Shown: piece by piece, positions 1 to 9,049 of the stretch
Layout of the letters: each line of letters begins with the position of its first letter
Position numbering within the stretch: position 1 is the first letter of the stretch
NCBI GenBank assembly: GCA_045603485.1
Contig: JAZUMF010000028.1
Location: 6,652-70,651, forward strand
From: Kiritimatiellia bacterium
GTDB taxonomy: Bacteria > Verrucomicrobiota > Kiritimatiellia > RFP12 > JAAYLN01
Direction of reading: 5' to 3'
Length of the DNA stretch: 64,000 nucleotides
Program-made: the position numbers and the translations under genes
The notes under the pieces: generated by a model
The model's database searches: none
Seen by the model: the letters and a program-made list of their open reading frames with translations, nothing else
Told to the model about the DNA's origin: nothing

Positions 1-1515
1 CGGCTTCGCTTGTCTGTTCTGTCTGATACAGATGTAAATTTATCATGTGAAACTGCTGGTTCTGACACTGATGGACTTTGGTATGGGCGCATAATAATTC
101 GCTGGCCAGAAGATACTAGATATACAATAGATGAAAATCGCATTCAAATTCGTGAAAATTTAATAATTGAGTGTGATACTATGGAAACCTCTTTCAGAGG
201 TGAGGTAGGCGCAACAGTAAGTCGTAGTGCAAGATTAAACCCTTCCATTGCAATAAGGTGTAATTTCCAAAGAGTTTATATAGGACTGATACCATTTTCT
301 AATGGTTGTTGGGAACATGATACAAATAGCATATCTGTTGTAGCGGAATATGATAATATCGAGCCACCCTTCGTTTGGTATGTTAATGAATGCGTAGTAG
401 AAGACTGGTGTAATGACTATTTACCAAATGGCATTTTGCGGGAATATATAACATCAACAAATGATGTTGATATTCGTTGCGATTGGGGTGTGACAAACAG
501 TTTGCTTAGTTTAACGGCAGAATATAGCATTGGTCTATTCCATTGTTTGCCTAGCACTACAAATATAATTGGAGCTGCATGGCATTCTACTCATAATCCG
601 GAAGACCCGTCAGATCATACTCCATATTACAATATTACCAGTCAAGAGCAATATTCTGAGTATTGCCCAGTAACATACGAACATACCTATTGCGTGGGCT
701 GGGATCATCAGAAGGTTAATAGTCGCAACTTGCCAGTAATTGAAACGGGCGACGAACGAGATACAAAAACAGACCATTGCATAGGGGTTGTATGGCATGA
801 GAATGGCTCCATAAATCTTGACTGTTATTTGGCAGAAAGCTACCAATCATATAGGGATAAGGTTGAGTATTTTGTCAATGGGGAGTTTTGTGATGGAAGA
901 CTTGAATTTGGAAGTGAACCTAACGAGTTTCATCCAACAGTTTTCAATGTTGAACTACGAAAGAAGGATTCTGGAAATACTTTGGATAGAATGTGGGTTG
1001 TTGTGAATGCAAGATGCGAACTTGAAAATTTTGATAATTGGTATAGTGAAAATTCAGATCTTAGCTGGGTCAATACATTGCCGAAACCATGTGCTAAATT
1101 AGAGATTTCTAAAAGTTGGCTTTTGGGTGAAACCGCAACTCCTACAAATCTGATAAACCCAAACTTATGGAAGAAACCTATTAAGTTATCTAGCTATTTA
1201 CATCATGATTCAAAATGGGAAATGAGATCTAAACCTGTAAATAATCATGGCAATCAAGCTTGTTATAATACAAATGGATATATTGTTTTAAATGGAATAT
1301 CTGGTGGAACTGCAGACTTATTTTACGCAGGCAATTGGACTGTTTTTAAACATGTAAGTAATGATGTTGACCCATTCCTTAATGCACTTCATCTTGATGG
1401 CAATCCTGGTGATACTAAACTATTCAATGGAATTTCAAAACCATGCCTTTATCAAGGCTATTATCTTAATCAATACATTGGGCGCCGCCCAATAATTCAA
1501 CCGGAAGGAGAATAA
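1..1515 (+). CDS. hypothetical Cys/Trp/Asn-rich protein, 5'-partial; the reading frame is open to the window edge
   Basis: Long ORF in the low-GC (~35%) block. Frame continues to nt 1 without a stop; no recognisable domain; composition (many C, W, Y, N, D) suggests a secreted or extracellular protein. Confidence 0.45.
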   Translation, partial: RLRLSVLSDTDVNLSCETAGSDTDGLWYGRIIIRWPEDTRYTIDENRIQIRENLIIECDTMETSFRGEVGATVSRSARLNPSIAIRCNFQRVYIGLIPFSNGCWEHDTNSISVVAEYDNIEPPFVWYVNECVVEDWCNDYLPNGILREYITSTNDVDIRCDWGVTNSLLSLTAEYSIGLFHCLPSTTNIIGAAWHSTHNPEDPSDHTPYYNITSQEQYSEYCPVTYEHTYCVGWDHQKVNSRNLPVIETGDERDTKTDHCIGVVWHENGSINLDCYLAESYQSYRDKVEYFVNGEFCDGRLEFGSEPNEFHPTVFNVELRKKDSGNTLDRMWVVVNARCELENFDNWYSENSDLSWVNTLPKPCAKLEISKSWLLGETATPTNLINPNLWKKPIKLSSYLHHDSKWEMRSKPVNNHGNQACYNTNGYIVLNGISGGTADLFYAGNWTVFKHVSNDVDPFLNALHLDGNPGDTKLFNGISKPCLYQGYYLNQYIGRRPIIQPEGE

Positions 1516-1519
1516 AGCA

Positions 1520-2278
1520 ATGAAATGTATGTATGTTGTAATTGGGGTATTTTGCTTTTTATTGGCACAGCCAATATTTGCAAAAAATTTTATAACAATT
1601 TCGGCAACAAATGCAGTTGTCCTCAATTTTGACAGTAATATTACCCCAGAAGTTAGAAGTGCAATTAGTAACGATTTCAATATCTGTTATAACCTATCTG
1701 CAAAGAGGGTGAAGTTTGTACATTACAATTATTACCCTACAAATCATTTTGGAATGGTTGGCTTATGGAAGCCATATTCAGCATTTAATTTCATGAGCAA
1801 ACTAGGTCCAAGTTTGCCATCACAAAGCATATTAACTAATGGCTCCTTCGTGATTGACATTTCTTATGCTTTTGCGACAAACTATCAACGCCATATTGAA
1901 AGCACAATGGCATATTCCAATGAGATTGCTTTAGCATATACATTTATTGAATCTATTTCACCGACAAATCTGGCTAAAATGTCAGTAAAAAAATTAAAGG
2001 CATTGGATCTCTGGAAGGAAGCTCCTCCCGGGAAACTTCCTTCTTATTTTGATGCTGAGGAGGCGATTGAATATTTAAAAAATAGACACATAGTCGCACC
2101 ACCGCGAATGTCTTTCTATCTCTGGCAATGTGGACCTAAAGGCAATTCTACCTATCTTTGGTGTGTTGTGCCTGAATTTCAGGGTGAAAGGAATGTCTCG
2201 GCAAATTTAATGATATTCTACCAAAATCGATGGTGGCTTTCTTCTTGGCCTCTTCAAGAGGGTGAACAGCAGTGGTAA
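1520..2278 (+). CDS. hypothetical secreted protein
   Basis: ORF begins 5 nt after the previous stop. N-terminal signal-peptide-like segment MKCMYVVIGVFCFLLAQPIFA; low GC; no recognisable domain. Confidence 0.5.
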   Translation: MKCMYVVIGVFCFLLAQPIFAKNFITISATNAVVLNFDSNITPEVRSAISNDFNICYNLSAKRVKFVHYNYYPTNHFGMVGLWKPYSAFNFMSKLGPSLPSQSILTNGSFVIDISYAFATNYQRHIESTMAYSNEIALAYTFIESISPTNLAKMSVKKLKALDLWKEAPPGKLPSYFDAEEAIEYLKNRHIVAPPRMSFYLWQCGPKGNSTYLWCVVPEFQGERNVSANLMIFYQNRWWLSSWPLQEGEQQW

Positions 2279-2394
2279 TTGCAATTAAGTTGCGATGATA
2301 ATCCACTAATGGATAAATAAGGATGCCGATGCCTATCTTGACAGGCGATCGGCAATACCAACAGGGGTACAATAAAACACCAACAAGAGTAAAA

Positions 2395-3114
2395 ATGAAA
2401 AAGACCACGATTATCTTAACTTGTGCAGCATTAGTTTGCGCCCATATTTTATATGGTGATAATATTACGATTGGAAGCAAAAGCTATCCATCGCAGTTTG
2501 ATGATACTTCTTTGTCGGGAGATATGCAAAGAGTAATTTGTTCTGACCTGTCAAGGTACTTGTCTTACAGTCCTTACCTTGATATGCTTTTTGATATGTC
2601 AGAGCAAGGGAATGAATATCCGCTTAGGCCTATAGGTAATGCTCCCCATGCTAGAAATGTGCTTGATAATGTTAAACTTGTTAAATTATCTAACGGGAGT
2701 TATCGCATTGATATTGCGAAGGATTTAACCGATTATTATCGTGAAATTCTTAAAGATAATCCTAATGCATCAACTCAAATATTGAATGCCGTGAATTTTA
2801 TTTCAAGCTTTAATTCCGGGACTGCAACCAATTTGTCTCTTTCTGAGAAGTGTCGCTTATTTAGAACAACAGCTTCTCCTGCTATCCCAACGCAAGGTGA
2901 AGAAATATCTTCTGGGCTGCAATCATATTGGTGCACTCGGAAATATTCACTTCCGGCTATTATCGATTGGCACAATCAACCAATATGGAAAGAGCATCCT
3001 TCAATAGTGATAATACCTGTTCGAGTCAGGTCTTCTAAAACTAAAGGTGTTTTAGAGTCGAATACTCATTTTCTTGGCTCAATTTCAAATGAGTGTTTTT
3101 TTATTGCATTGTAA
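2395..3114 (+). CDS. hypothetical secreted protein or lipoprotein
   Basis: ORF 2323-3114. The internal ATG at 2395 gives an N-terminal signal peptide MKKTTIILTCAALVCAHILYG, so I chose it as the start; low GC; no recognisable domain. Confidence 0.45.
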   Translation: MKKTTIILTCAALVCAHILYGDNITIGSKSYPSQFDDTSLSGDMQRVICSDLSRYLSYSPYLDMLFDMSEQGNEYPLRPIGNAPHARNVLDNVKLVKLSNGSYRIDIAKDLTDYYREILKDNPNASTQILNAVNFISSFNSGTATNLSLSEKCRLFRTTASPAIPTQGEEISSGLQSYWCTRKYSLPAIIDWHNQPIWKEHPSIVIIPVRVRSSKTKGVLESNTHFLGSISNECFFIAL

Positions 3115-3163
3115 GCAAATGATATGCGGTTTTTCGGGATTGCTCTTTTGCCTTTTTGCATCA

Positions 3164-3886
3164 TTATGAAAAATGTCTAATGACAAGCGATGCAAGAGCC
3201 ATTCCGAATGATGCTGTGACCGGCATAATCGAGCCTCTCTCGAGAATGTTTAGTGGAGTCTCCAGAGAGTGTACGCAAGGAAAGGCGGGGATTGTTCCAA
3301 TCTCATCTTTTCTGAGGCGTTGACGCAATGCTCTTGCAAGGCCGTCTCCACCGATTGAAGGAAAGTTTGATATACGCATCATCGTCGGGTCTGTGCGAAG
3401 TGCAGCTCCCATTGAAGAGAAGAGCGGTATATTGAGATTTGTTGCGCTGCGGATTAGATGAGCCTTGTCAGCGACCGAATCAATCGCGTCGACAATGCAG
3501 TCAAATTTGCAAAGGCTCTCTCCCTGAAATTGCACAGCGTTAGATGTGTATCGTGCCTCAATGGCAGTTATTTCGGCATCTTGATTTATCTGAAGAAGTC
3601 TATCGCGAAGGGCATAAACCTTGGCAATGCCGATTGTCTCAACCGTTGCGGGAAGTTGTCTGTTGAGATTGGAAGGGGCGACCTTATCGTCGTCAACGAT
3701 TGTCAGTTTGCCAAGTCCTGTTCTGATAAGTGCCTCTGCACACCAGCTGCCAACGCCTCCGACGCCAAAGATAATAACATGACCCTTGGCAAGGCGCGCC
3801 ATTGCAGCTTCGCCTAAAAGAGATTTGCTTCTGTCAAAGGAACCGTCAATCATAGTTTGCCTACTTCTCCGTATCGCGATTGTCAC
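3164..3886 (-). CDS. tcdA: tRNA threonylcarbamoyladenosine dehydratase (ThiF/E1-like, TcdA/CsdL family)
   Basis: Rossmann motif GHVIIFGVGGVGSWCAEALIRTGLGKLTIVDDDKV and overall colinearity with E. coli TcdA (VIDAIDSV..., IPL...GGA), recalled from memory. Confidence 0.8.
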   Translation of the reverse strand: MTIAIRRSRQTMIDGSFDRSKSLLGEAAMARLAKGHVIIFGVGGVGSWCAEALIRTGLGKLTIVDDDKVAPSNLNRQLPATVETIGIAKVYALRDRLLQINQDAEITAIEARYTSNAVQFQGESLCKFDCIVDAIDSVADKAHLIRSATNLNIPLFSSMGAALRTDPTMMRISNFPSIGGDGLARALRQRLRKDEIGTIPAFPCVHSLETPLNILERGSIMPVTASFGMALASLVIRHFS

Positions 3887-4658
3887 CGTTTTTTTCCGGG
3901 AGCAAAGATGATATGATTTCGGCTATACGCCAATGGAGGGTCGAAAGCCACCATGTCGGAAACCGCATTTGCCAAGGGAAGGCGATAAGCCCGATATTTT
4001 TCAAAACGCGATTTATTATGATTGTTGCCGCCTTGTCTGCCTCCATGAAGAATGGCATCGGGCAGGTGTTGCGGTCGGTTATCCGCGACCTGACGAACCC
4101 CGGGCAGATGACATTGACGGCAATGCCATCACGCTTTAGCATACCGCGAAGTGAAAGACCCCAGGTCTTTACCGCCGCCTTTGTTGCCGAATAGGCTGGG
4201 CAGGTGGAGAGAGGGGCGTATGCCGCCATCGACGCGGTAAGGGCAATCTGGCGTCTTTTGCGATTAGATGGGCTTTCTTTGAATATGTCGATTACAGGCA
4301 AGACGGTGTTTAGACATCCGCCAATATTGACATCAAAGGTCTTGCGGATATTTGGTGTATTTTCCTTACCCGTTGCAATGCCCGCATTTGCAAAGACAAT
4401 TTCAAGAGGTGCGATCGCGTCACACCGGGAAATCCAACTTGCCGTTGAATCTTTATCGGCGACATCGATTATTTCGTGATAGACCTTTTCACATCCCAAG
4501 GCCTTGCACCGATTCGCGATAGCGTCAAGTCTTTCCCGATTGCGTCCGCAAAGGAAGAGTGCTGTGGCTCCACGGCGTGCCGCTGTGATGGCAAGAGCTT
4601 CGCCGATACCGCTGGAGGCTCCTGTTATCAATATGTTGTATTGTAGGTCTCTCTTCAT
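3861..4658 (-). CDS. short-chain dehydrogenase/reductase (SDR) family oxidoreductase
   Basis: TGASSGIG cofactor-binding motif near the N-terminus and a YSATK catalytic YxxxK motif; overlaps the tcdA start by 26 nt, suggesting an operon. Confidence 0.8.
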   Translation of the reverse strand: MKRDLQYNILITGASSGIGEALAITAARRGATALFLCGRNRERLDAIANRCKALGCEKVYHEIIDVADKDSTASWISRCDAIAPLEIVFANAGIATGKENTPNIRKTFDVNIGGCLNTVLPVIDIFKESPSNRKRRQIALTASMAAYAPLSTCPAYSATKAAVKTWGLSLRGMLKRDGIAVNVICPGFVRSRITDRNTCPMPFFMEADKAATIIINRVLKNIGLIAFPWQMRFPTWWLSTLHWRIAEIISSLLPEKNGDNRDTEK

Positions 4659-4719
4659 TTCAATATCAATTATATCAATAATATGATAGAATTGTCATAT
4701 AAAAACGAGGTGTGTATTT

Positions 4720-6951
4720 ATGAGTGAAAACAAGATTGCAGGTCAGGATTTTCCCGTTTGGCAGTTTCCGTTAAACCGTCCTCATGTCGGTATTAAGCTG
4801 GGAAATACGAGAAACGGTCTTCTCGTGTGGGGCGGTGAAAATAAGCTTCAACTCTCAATGGGGTTGAATGATTTGTGGGATCATGACGGCGGTACGGAGT
4901 GGCACGAAGGGCAATCCTATGGTGCAATCCGTTCAGCCCTTGAAGCAAATGACGAGGCGGCACTTCGTGAAATATTCAAGCCGACCGAAAAGACGCCTCA
5001 GCTGTGTCCTCTCGGCCGCGTTACTTTAGTATTCCCAAAAAATGCAATTATCACCTCTGCAAAGCTTGATATCTACAAGGCGATGTTGACGGTAAGCGTC
5101 CGTAAGGGCGGCAATCTCTTTGCCGTCCGCCTCGGCGTTGAGTATAAGTCAGGCACAGTCTTTGTCTCTTTGCCAAAGGGACTTTCGGCAAGTCACAAGA
5201 TACTTGATGCTTACGAGCAGCCTAAAAATACCGAGACCTTTGTAAAGCGCGGCTTTTCAAAGCCCGCAGTCTACGATTGCGGTTTTGAGCAGGCAATGCC
5301 CCATGACCCTGCCGTTGGCTTTGCCTGTGTAGTTAAAGGCGCAGGTCTTTTTGTTGCGACCGCGCGCGCTCCTGAAGGTGAAGCGTATGCGGCTGCTCTT
5401 GCCAAGGGAAACGATGCGGCTGCCAAAGGCTTTGCGGCTCTAGCAGCAAGCACAGCAAAGAGATGGAAAGAATATTGGCTTGCAGTGCCGAAAGTTTCTC
5501 TTCCAAACCCAACCTTGCAAACGGCTTTTGATTACGGAATGTATCAGTTTGGCGTTGCTACAGATGCTGCCTTTGATACTATGGTTGCCCCGCTTCAAGG
5601 GCCTTGGTATGCCGATGATGTCTTCCCTCCATGGGGAGGCGATTATCACTTCAACATCAATTTGCAGGAATACTATTGGCCCGCATATCACGGAAATCGG
5701 TTGGAGCATTTGCGCCCCGTTTTCAATTTACTCAAGGCATGGATGCCGAAACTTAGACGCAATGCGGAAGTCTTTGTCGGTATCAAAGACGGCGTCATGC
5801 TCCCCCATGCCGTTGATGATACAGGCAGAGTAATGACTGCCGGCTTTTGGACGGGCATGATGGATCATGGCTCAACTATGTGGATGGCCGACCTGATGTG
5901 GCGCTATTACGAATTTGGCGGCATTGGCGGCAAGAAGTTTTTGCGCGAAGAAGCTATGCCATTTATGGAGGGCGCATTCAATGTCTTCTGGGCAATGCTC
6001 GAAGAAGATAAAGACGGCAAGTTATCACTTCCGGTCGGCCCATCTCCCGAATACCGAGGTAGCCACCTAAACGCATGGGGGCGCAATGCGTCATTCCAGC
6101 TAGCAGCCGCTCATCGCCTTACGGCAAACTTGATTTCAGCCGCTGCGGCACTTGGTATTGAGGCAGATGAGCGTTGGCTTAAACTCCGCAAGGATTTACC
6201 TTTGGCATCAATCGTTAATGACCCGAATTTGTGTGGCGTACAAATCGGTCTTTGGGATGGTCTTGCGATAGAATATTCGCACCGTCACCATTCGCACTTG
6301 GCGGGTATCTTCCCCTTTGATACCCTCGATTTTGACGATCCCGAATGGAATAATATTATCGGGCGCAGTCTCAACCGTTGGCTCCATTTCGGCATGGCGC
6401 AATGGTCAGGCTGGTGCGTTCCATGGGCATCGATTATAAGCACACGCGTCGGCAACTCCGAAGCGGCAGAGTTTATCTTAGAGTATTGGGATCGCTTCTT
6501 TGTAAACGAAGGCCGCGGAACATTGCACGATTGCCATATCCCTGGTGTCAATCTGATGGGACGCTCATCGTTTGATAGGAGTCTCAATAGAGATATTATC
6601 CAATTTGACGCTGCAGGAGGCGCAGTAGAGGCGATTTATGAGATGCTTTGCCATGAGCGTCAAGGTGTTACATATATCTTCCGCGGAGCGCCAATGCGTT
6701 GGCTTGATGTCTCCTTCAAAGGGATTCGTTCAACCGACGGCATTTTGGTTTCGGCAAGCCGCAAAAACGGCAAGATTGCGAATGTCTCCCTTGAAGCCTC
6801 TACGCGTGGAACAGCATTCCGTCTGGCAAATCCATGGAGTGACGCAACTGTAGCAGTTGTCCGTAATGGCAAGATAACGAAAATTCCATCTGCAAAAATA
6901 TTGGAAATTAAACTTGCCAAGGGCGAAACGGTAAAGCTGCGCCCCTGTTAA
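4720..6951 (+). CDS. glycoside hydrolase family 95-like (putative alpha-L-fucosidase)
   Basis: N-terminal LGNTRNGLLVWGGENKLQLSMGLNDLW resembles the GH95 N-terminal region, and GGDYHFNINLQEYYWPA matches the GH95 DYHxNINLQMNYW catalytic-region motif; size of 743 aa fits; ATG at 4720 with GAGG RBS; no signal peptide. Confidence 0.75.
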   Translation: MSENKIAGQDFPVWQFPLNRPHVGIKLGNTRNGLLVWGGENKLQLSMGLNDLWDHDGGTEWHEGQSYGAIRSALEANDEAALREIFKPTEKTPQLCPLGRVTLVFPKNAIITSAKLDIYKAMLTVSVRKGGNLFAVRLGVEYKSGTVFVSLPKGLSASHKILDAYEQPKNTETFVKRGFSKPAVYDCGFEQAMPHDPAVGFACVVKGAGLFVATARAPEGEAYAAALAKGNDAAAKGFAALAASTAKRWKEYWLAVPKVSLPNPTLQTAFDYGMYQFGVATDAAFDTMVAPLQGPWYADDVFPPWGGDYHFNINLQEYYWPAYHGNRLEHLRPVFNLLKAWMPKLRRNAEVFVGIKDGVMLPHAVDDTGRVMTAGFWTGMMDHGSTMWMADLMWRYYEFGGIGGKKFLREEAMPFMEGAFNVFWAMLEEDKDGKLSLPVGPSPEYRGSHLNAWGRNASFQLAAAHRLTANLISAAAALGIEADERWLKLRKDLPLASIVNDPNLCGVQIGLWDGLAIEYSHRHHSHLAGIFPFDTLDFDDPEWNNIIGRSLNRWLHFGMAQWSGWCVPWASIISTRVGNSEAAEFILEYWDRFFVNEGRGTLHDCHIPGVNLMGRSSFDRSLNRDIIQFDAAGGAVEAIYEMLCHERQGVTYIFRGAPMRWLDVSFKGIRSTDGILVSASRKNGKIANVSLEASTRGTAFRLANPWSDATVAVVRNGKITKIPSAKILEIKLAKGETVKLRPC

Positions 6952-7483
6952 ACCAATATCGCCAGCACATTGCCAATATCAAGACGGCGGTCGGAACGGT
7001 GAAGAATTGACTAAGAAATACACGAAACTCTTTTAGGTGCAGAGGAGATGGTTCCTGTTTTGGATTATCGCCATCTCCTAAACTCCATTTGAAAATGGTA
7101 TGGCATTTCCTGCATAAGGGAAAAATATTCCAATTCTATTAATATTTATTAAAATGATATTGTTAGTGACAATAATTTTCATTTTTGCGGCAAAATAGCG
7201 AATATTTTGCGATAATACTAATTTTATTAATTTCTATTAATTTTTATTATTTTAATAGAAATGAGTTGATTTTAGAGTCGGTAACATGTATACGACGGAA
7301 CGAGAAGGACTGTCCCTTAAAAAGTTTGACCACATAAAACGCAGAGGACACAGAGATTTTGTAAAAATAGTAGTAGTAAAAAGTTTTATCGCAGAGTCGC
7401 AGAGGCGCAAATATGTATTGCGTCAATAGCGAAAGTGAAAAAAATATTTTGGATGATGTGAAAAGGAAAATGGAAATCTAGCA

Positions 7484-7747
7484 CTAGTGAGAACTAATGC
7501 GATGTTCGTCCAATCTGATTTTTAGCATTCTTGAATTAGTGGATGCCTCTATGATGACGATTGAATCAAGAGGAACATGTCTCTCAAAGGTCTTTTTCAT
7601 TGCATTTATTTCACATGATTTTATCTCACTGTGAAGTATAGGATGCCAAGGATCGGTTCCATCCCAAATTGAAATGGCTAGTTTCCTTGAATGAGCATCA
7701 ACACCAACTATGTATGTTGGTCGTACTTGCGACTTTTCGTTCATCAT
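7484..7747 (-). pseudogene. truncated IS110-family (DEDD/RuvC-like) transposase, N-terminal ~87 aa only
   Basis: YIVGVDAHSRKLAISIW ... SIVIIEASTNS resembles the IS110 Tnp N-terminus (VGIDVSK..LDVA .. VVMEATGGY); the ORF stops after ~90 aa, whereas full-length enzymes are ~340 aa; AT-rich non-coding DNA lies downstream. Confidence 0.45.
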
Positions 7748-8250
7748 GTTATCCTTTCGGATGCTGTCACGTATTGGAGTAGGCGGTTGCTGCAAGGTTG
7801 CATACAAATATCCGGGGTCTTTCGCCCCAAGCAGGTGGTTTCCGCCGGCACTCAAACAGAGAGTCGAGTATGGGCCTTACGGCTTGACTCATGTGCCTCC
7901 TCGAGTGTCTCCCATGCGCACAGCAAGTGGTTACCATGCACCTGCTGTTCCGTATCATACTCCAATCGTGACAGACTTTTCAACCCCGAATTTGTTCCTG
8001 CCTTCAGGAACACGCAATATATTACCAACAGAGAGGCAGAGATTTTGTGATAGTAGTATTGAGGACTTGATGGCTATTCGGTGGTTTGGTGGTCACAAAA
8101 TGAGATTACGGTGCGGAACAATATCGTGTTGATGTGATGATATGATTGTTTTAGGTGAGATGGGATGGAATTTGAAGTTGGGGAATTTAAGGGTGAGATT
8201 TTAATTGTGGCAGGGTATGATTGTGATGGTGAGTGTGATTGCTTGGCACT

Positions 8251-8934
8251 TTATGGGGACTGTTTGATTAAATTATGGATGGCTGCTAAGCGGTTGATGG
8301 TGTGTCCCGCTTTTTCGTCAAAGAAGGCTTCGGGGTAGAAGTGTCGCTGGAATGACAGCAGGGCGGCAGGCAGATCTGTTGTGTCATAGCCTATTTCCTC
8401 TAACATTTTTTCGGCGGTGCTGGTTGGGGGTGAGAATTTGTCAGTCCAAAGTCCAATTCCGTTTTGTGATAGTTCTTTCCAGGGGAAGAGTTCTCCTGGG
8501 TCTATTTTGCGTGTAGGTGCTATGTCGGAGTGTCCGACTATATTTATCGGTTTTATTTTATGGCGTCGGATGATGTCTTTGGACAGAATTTTGAGAGTGG
8601 CTATCGCATTGTCGCTGAAGGGGATTGCGTTGCCATCTTTGTCTCTTCCTTTAGAGGAGATTTCAATCCCTATTGAGGCACTGTTGACATCGGTAATTCC
8701 GCGCCAAAAGGATATCCCGGCATGCCAAGCTCTTTTTTCTTCATCTACAAGTCTGTATAGTGTGCCGTCGGTTCCAATAAGGTAGTGTGAGCTAACAGGG
8801 TGAGAGGAGTTTGCATTAGTCAGAATTTTAAGCGCATCCTCGTCGGTGGCGGTTTCGGTGTAGTGAAGGACCAGCATTGATATTGGGAGTTGTCTTTCTG
8901 AAAAATTCAAGGATTTTTTTTCTACTATTTTCAT
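8251..8934 (-). CDS. N-acetylmuramoyl-L-alanine amidase, Amidase_2/AmpD family
   Basis: LVLHYTE, WHAG and GHSDIAPTRKIDPG match Amidase_2 (PGRP-like) zinc amidase motifs; 227 aa. Confidence 0.8.
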   Translation of the reverse strand: MKIVEKKSLNFSERQLPISMLVLHYTETATDEDALKILTNANSSHPVSSHYLIGTDGTLYRLVDEEKRAWHAGISFWRGITDVNSASIGIEISSKGRDKDGNAIPFSDNAIATLKILSKDIIRRHKIKPINIVGHSDIAPTRKIDPGELFPWKELSQNGIGLWTDKFSPPTSTAEKMLEEIGYDTTDLPAALLSFQRHFYPEAFFDEKAGHTINRLAAIHNLIKQSP

Positions 8935-8982
8935 AAAGGTAAATTATACACTTTTTTGAAGTAAGGTGAAATATTCCAAAAT

Positions 8983-9011
8983 TTGCAAATGAAATTTTCG
9001 GGTGATATAAT
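8983..9011 (+). promoter_or_regulatory. sigma70-like promoter (TTGCAA-N17-TATAAT) upstream of the 9050 gene
   Basis: Hexamers read directly from the sequence: ttgcaa at 8983-8988, 17-nt spacer, tataat at 9006-9011, with tg two nt upstream of the -10. Confidence 0.35.
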
Positions 9012-9049
9012 TTTTATACGATTCATATTTTAATTTGGGGGATTTTTTT

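Noticed and set aside
7691-8132. Two + strand ORFs (119 and 140 aa) beside the IS110 remnant
   Set aside because: They have no RBS, atypical composition and overlap each other; the region is better explained as non-coding or a decayed IS end.
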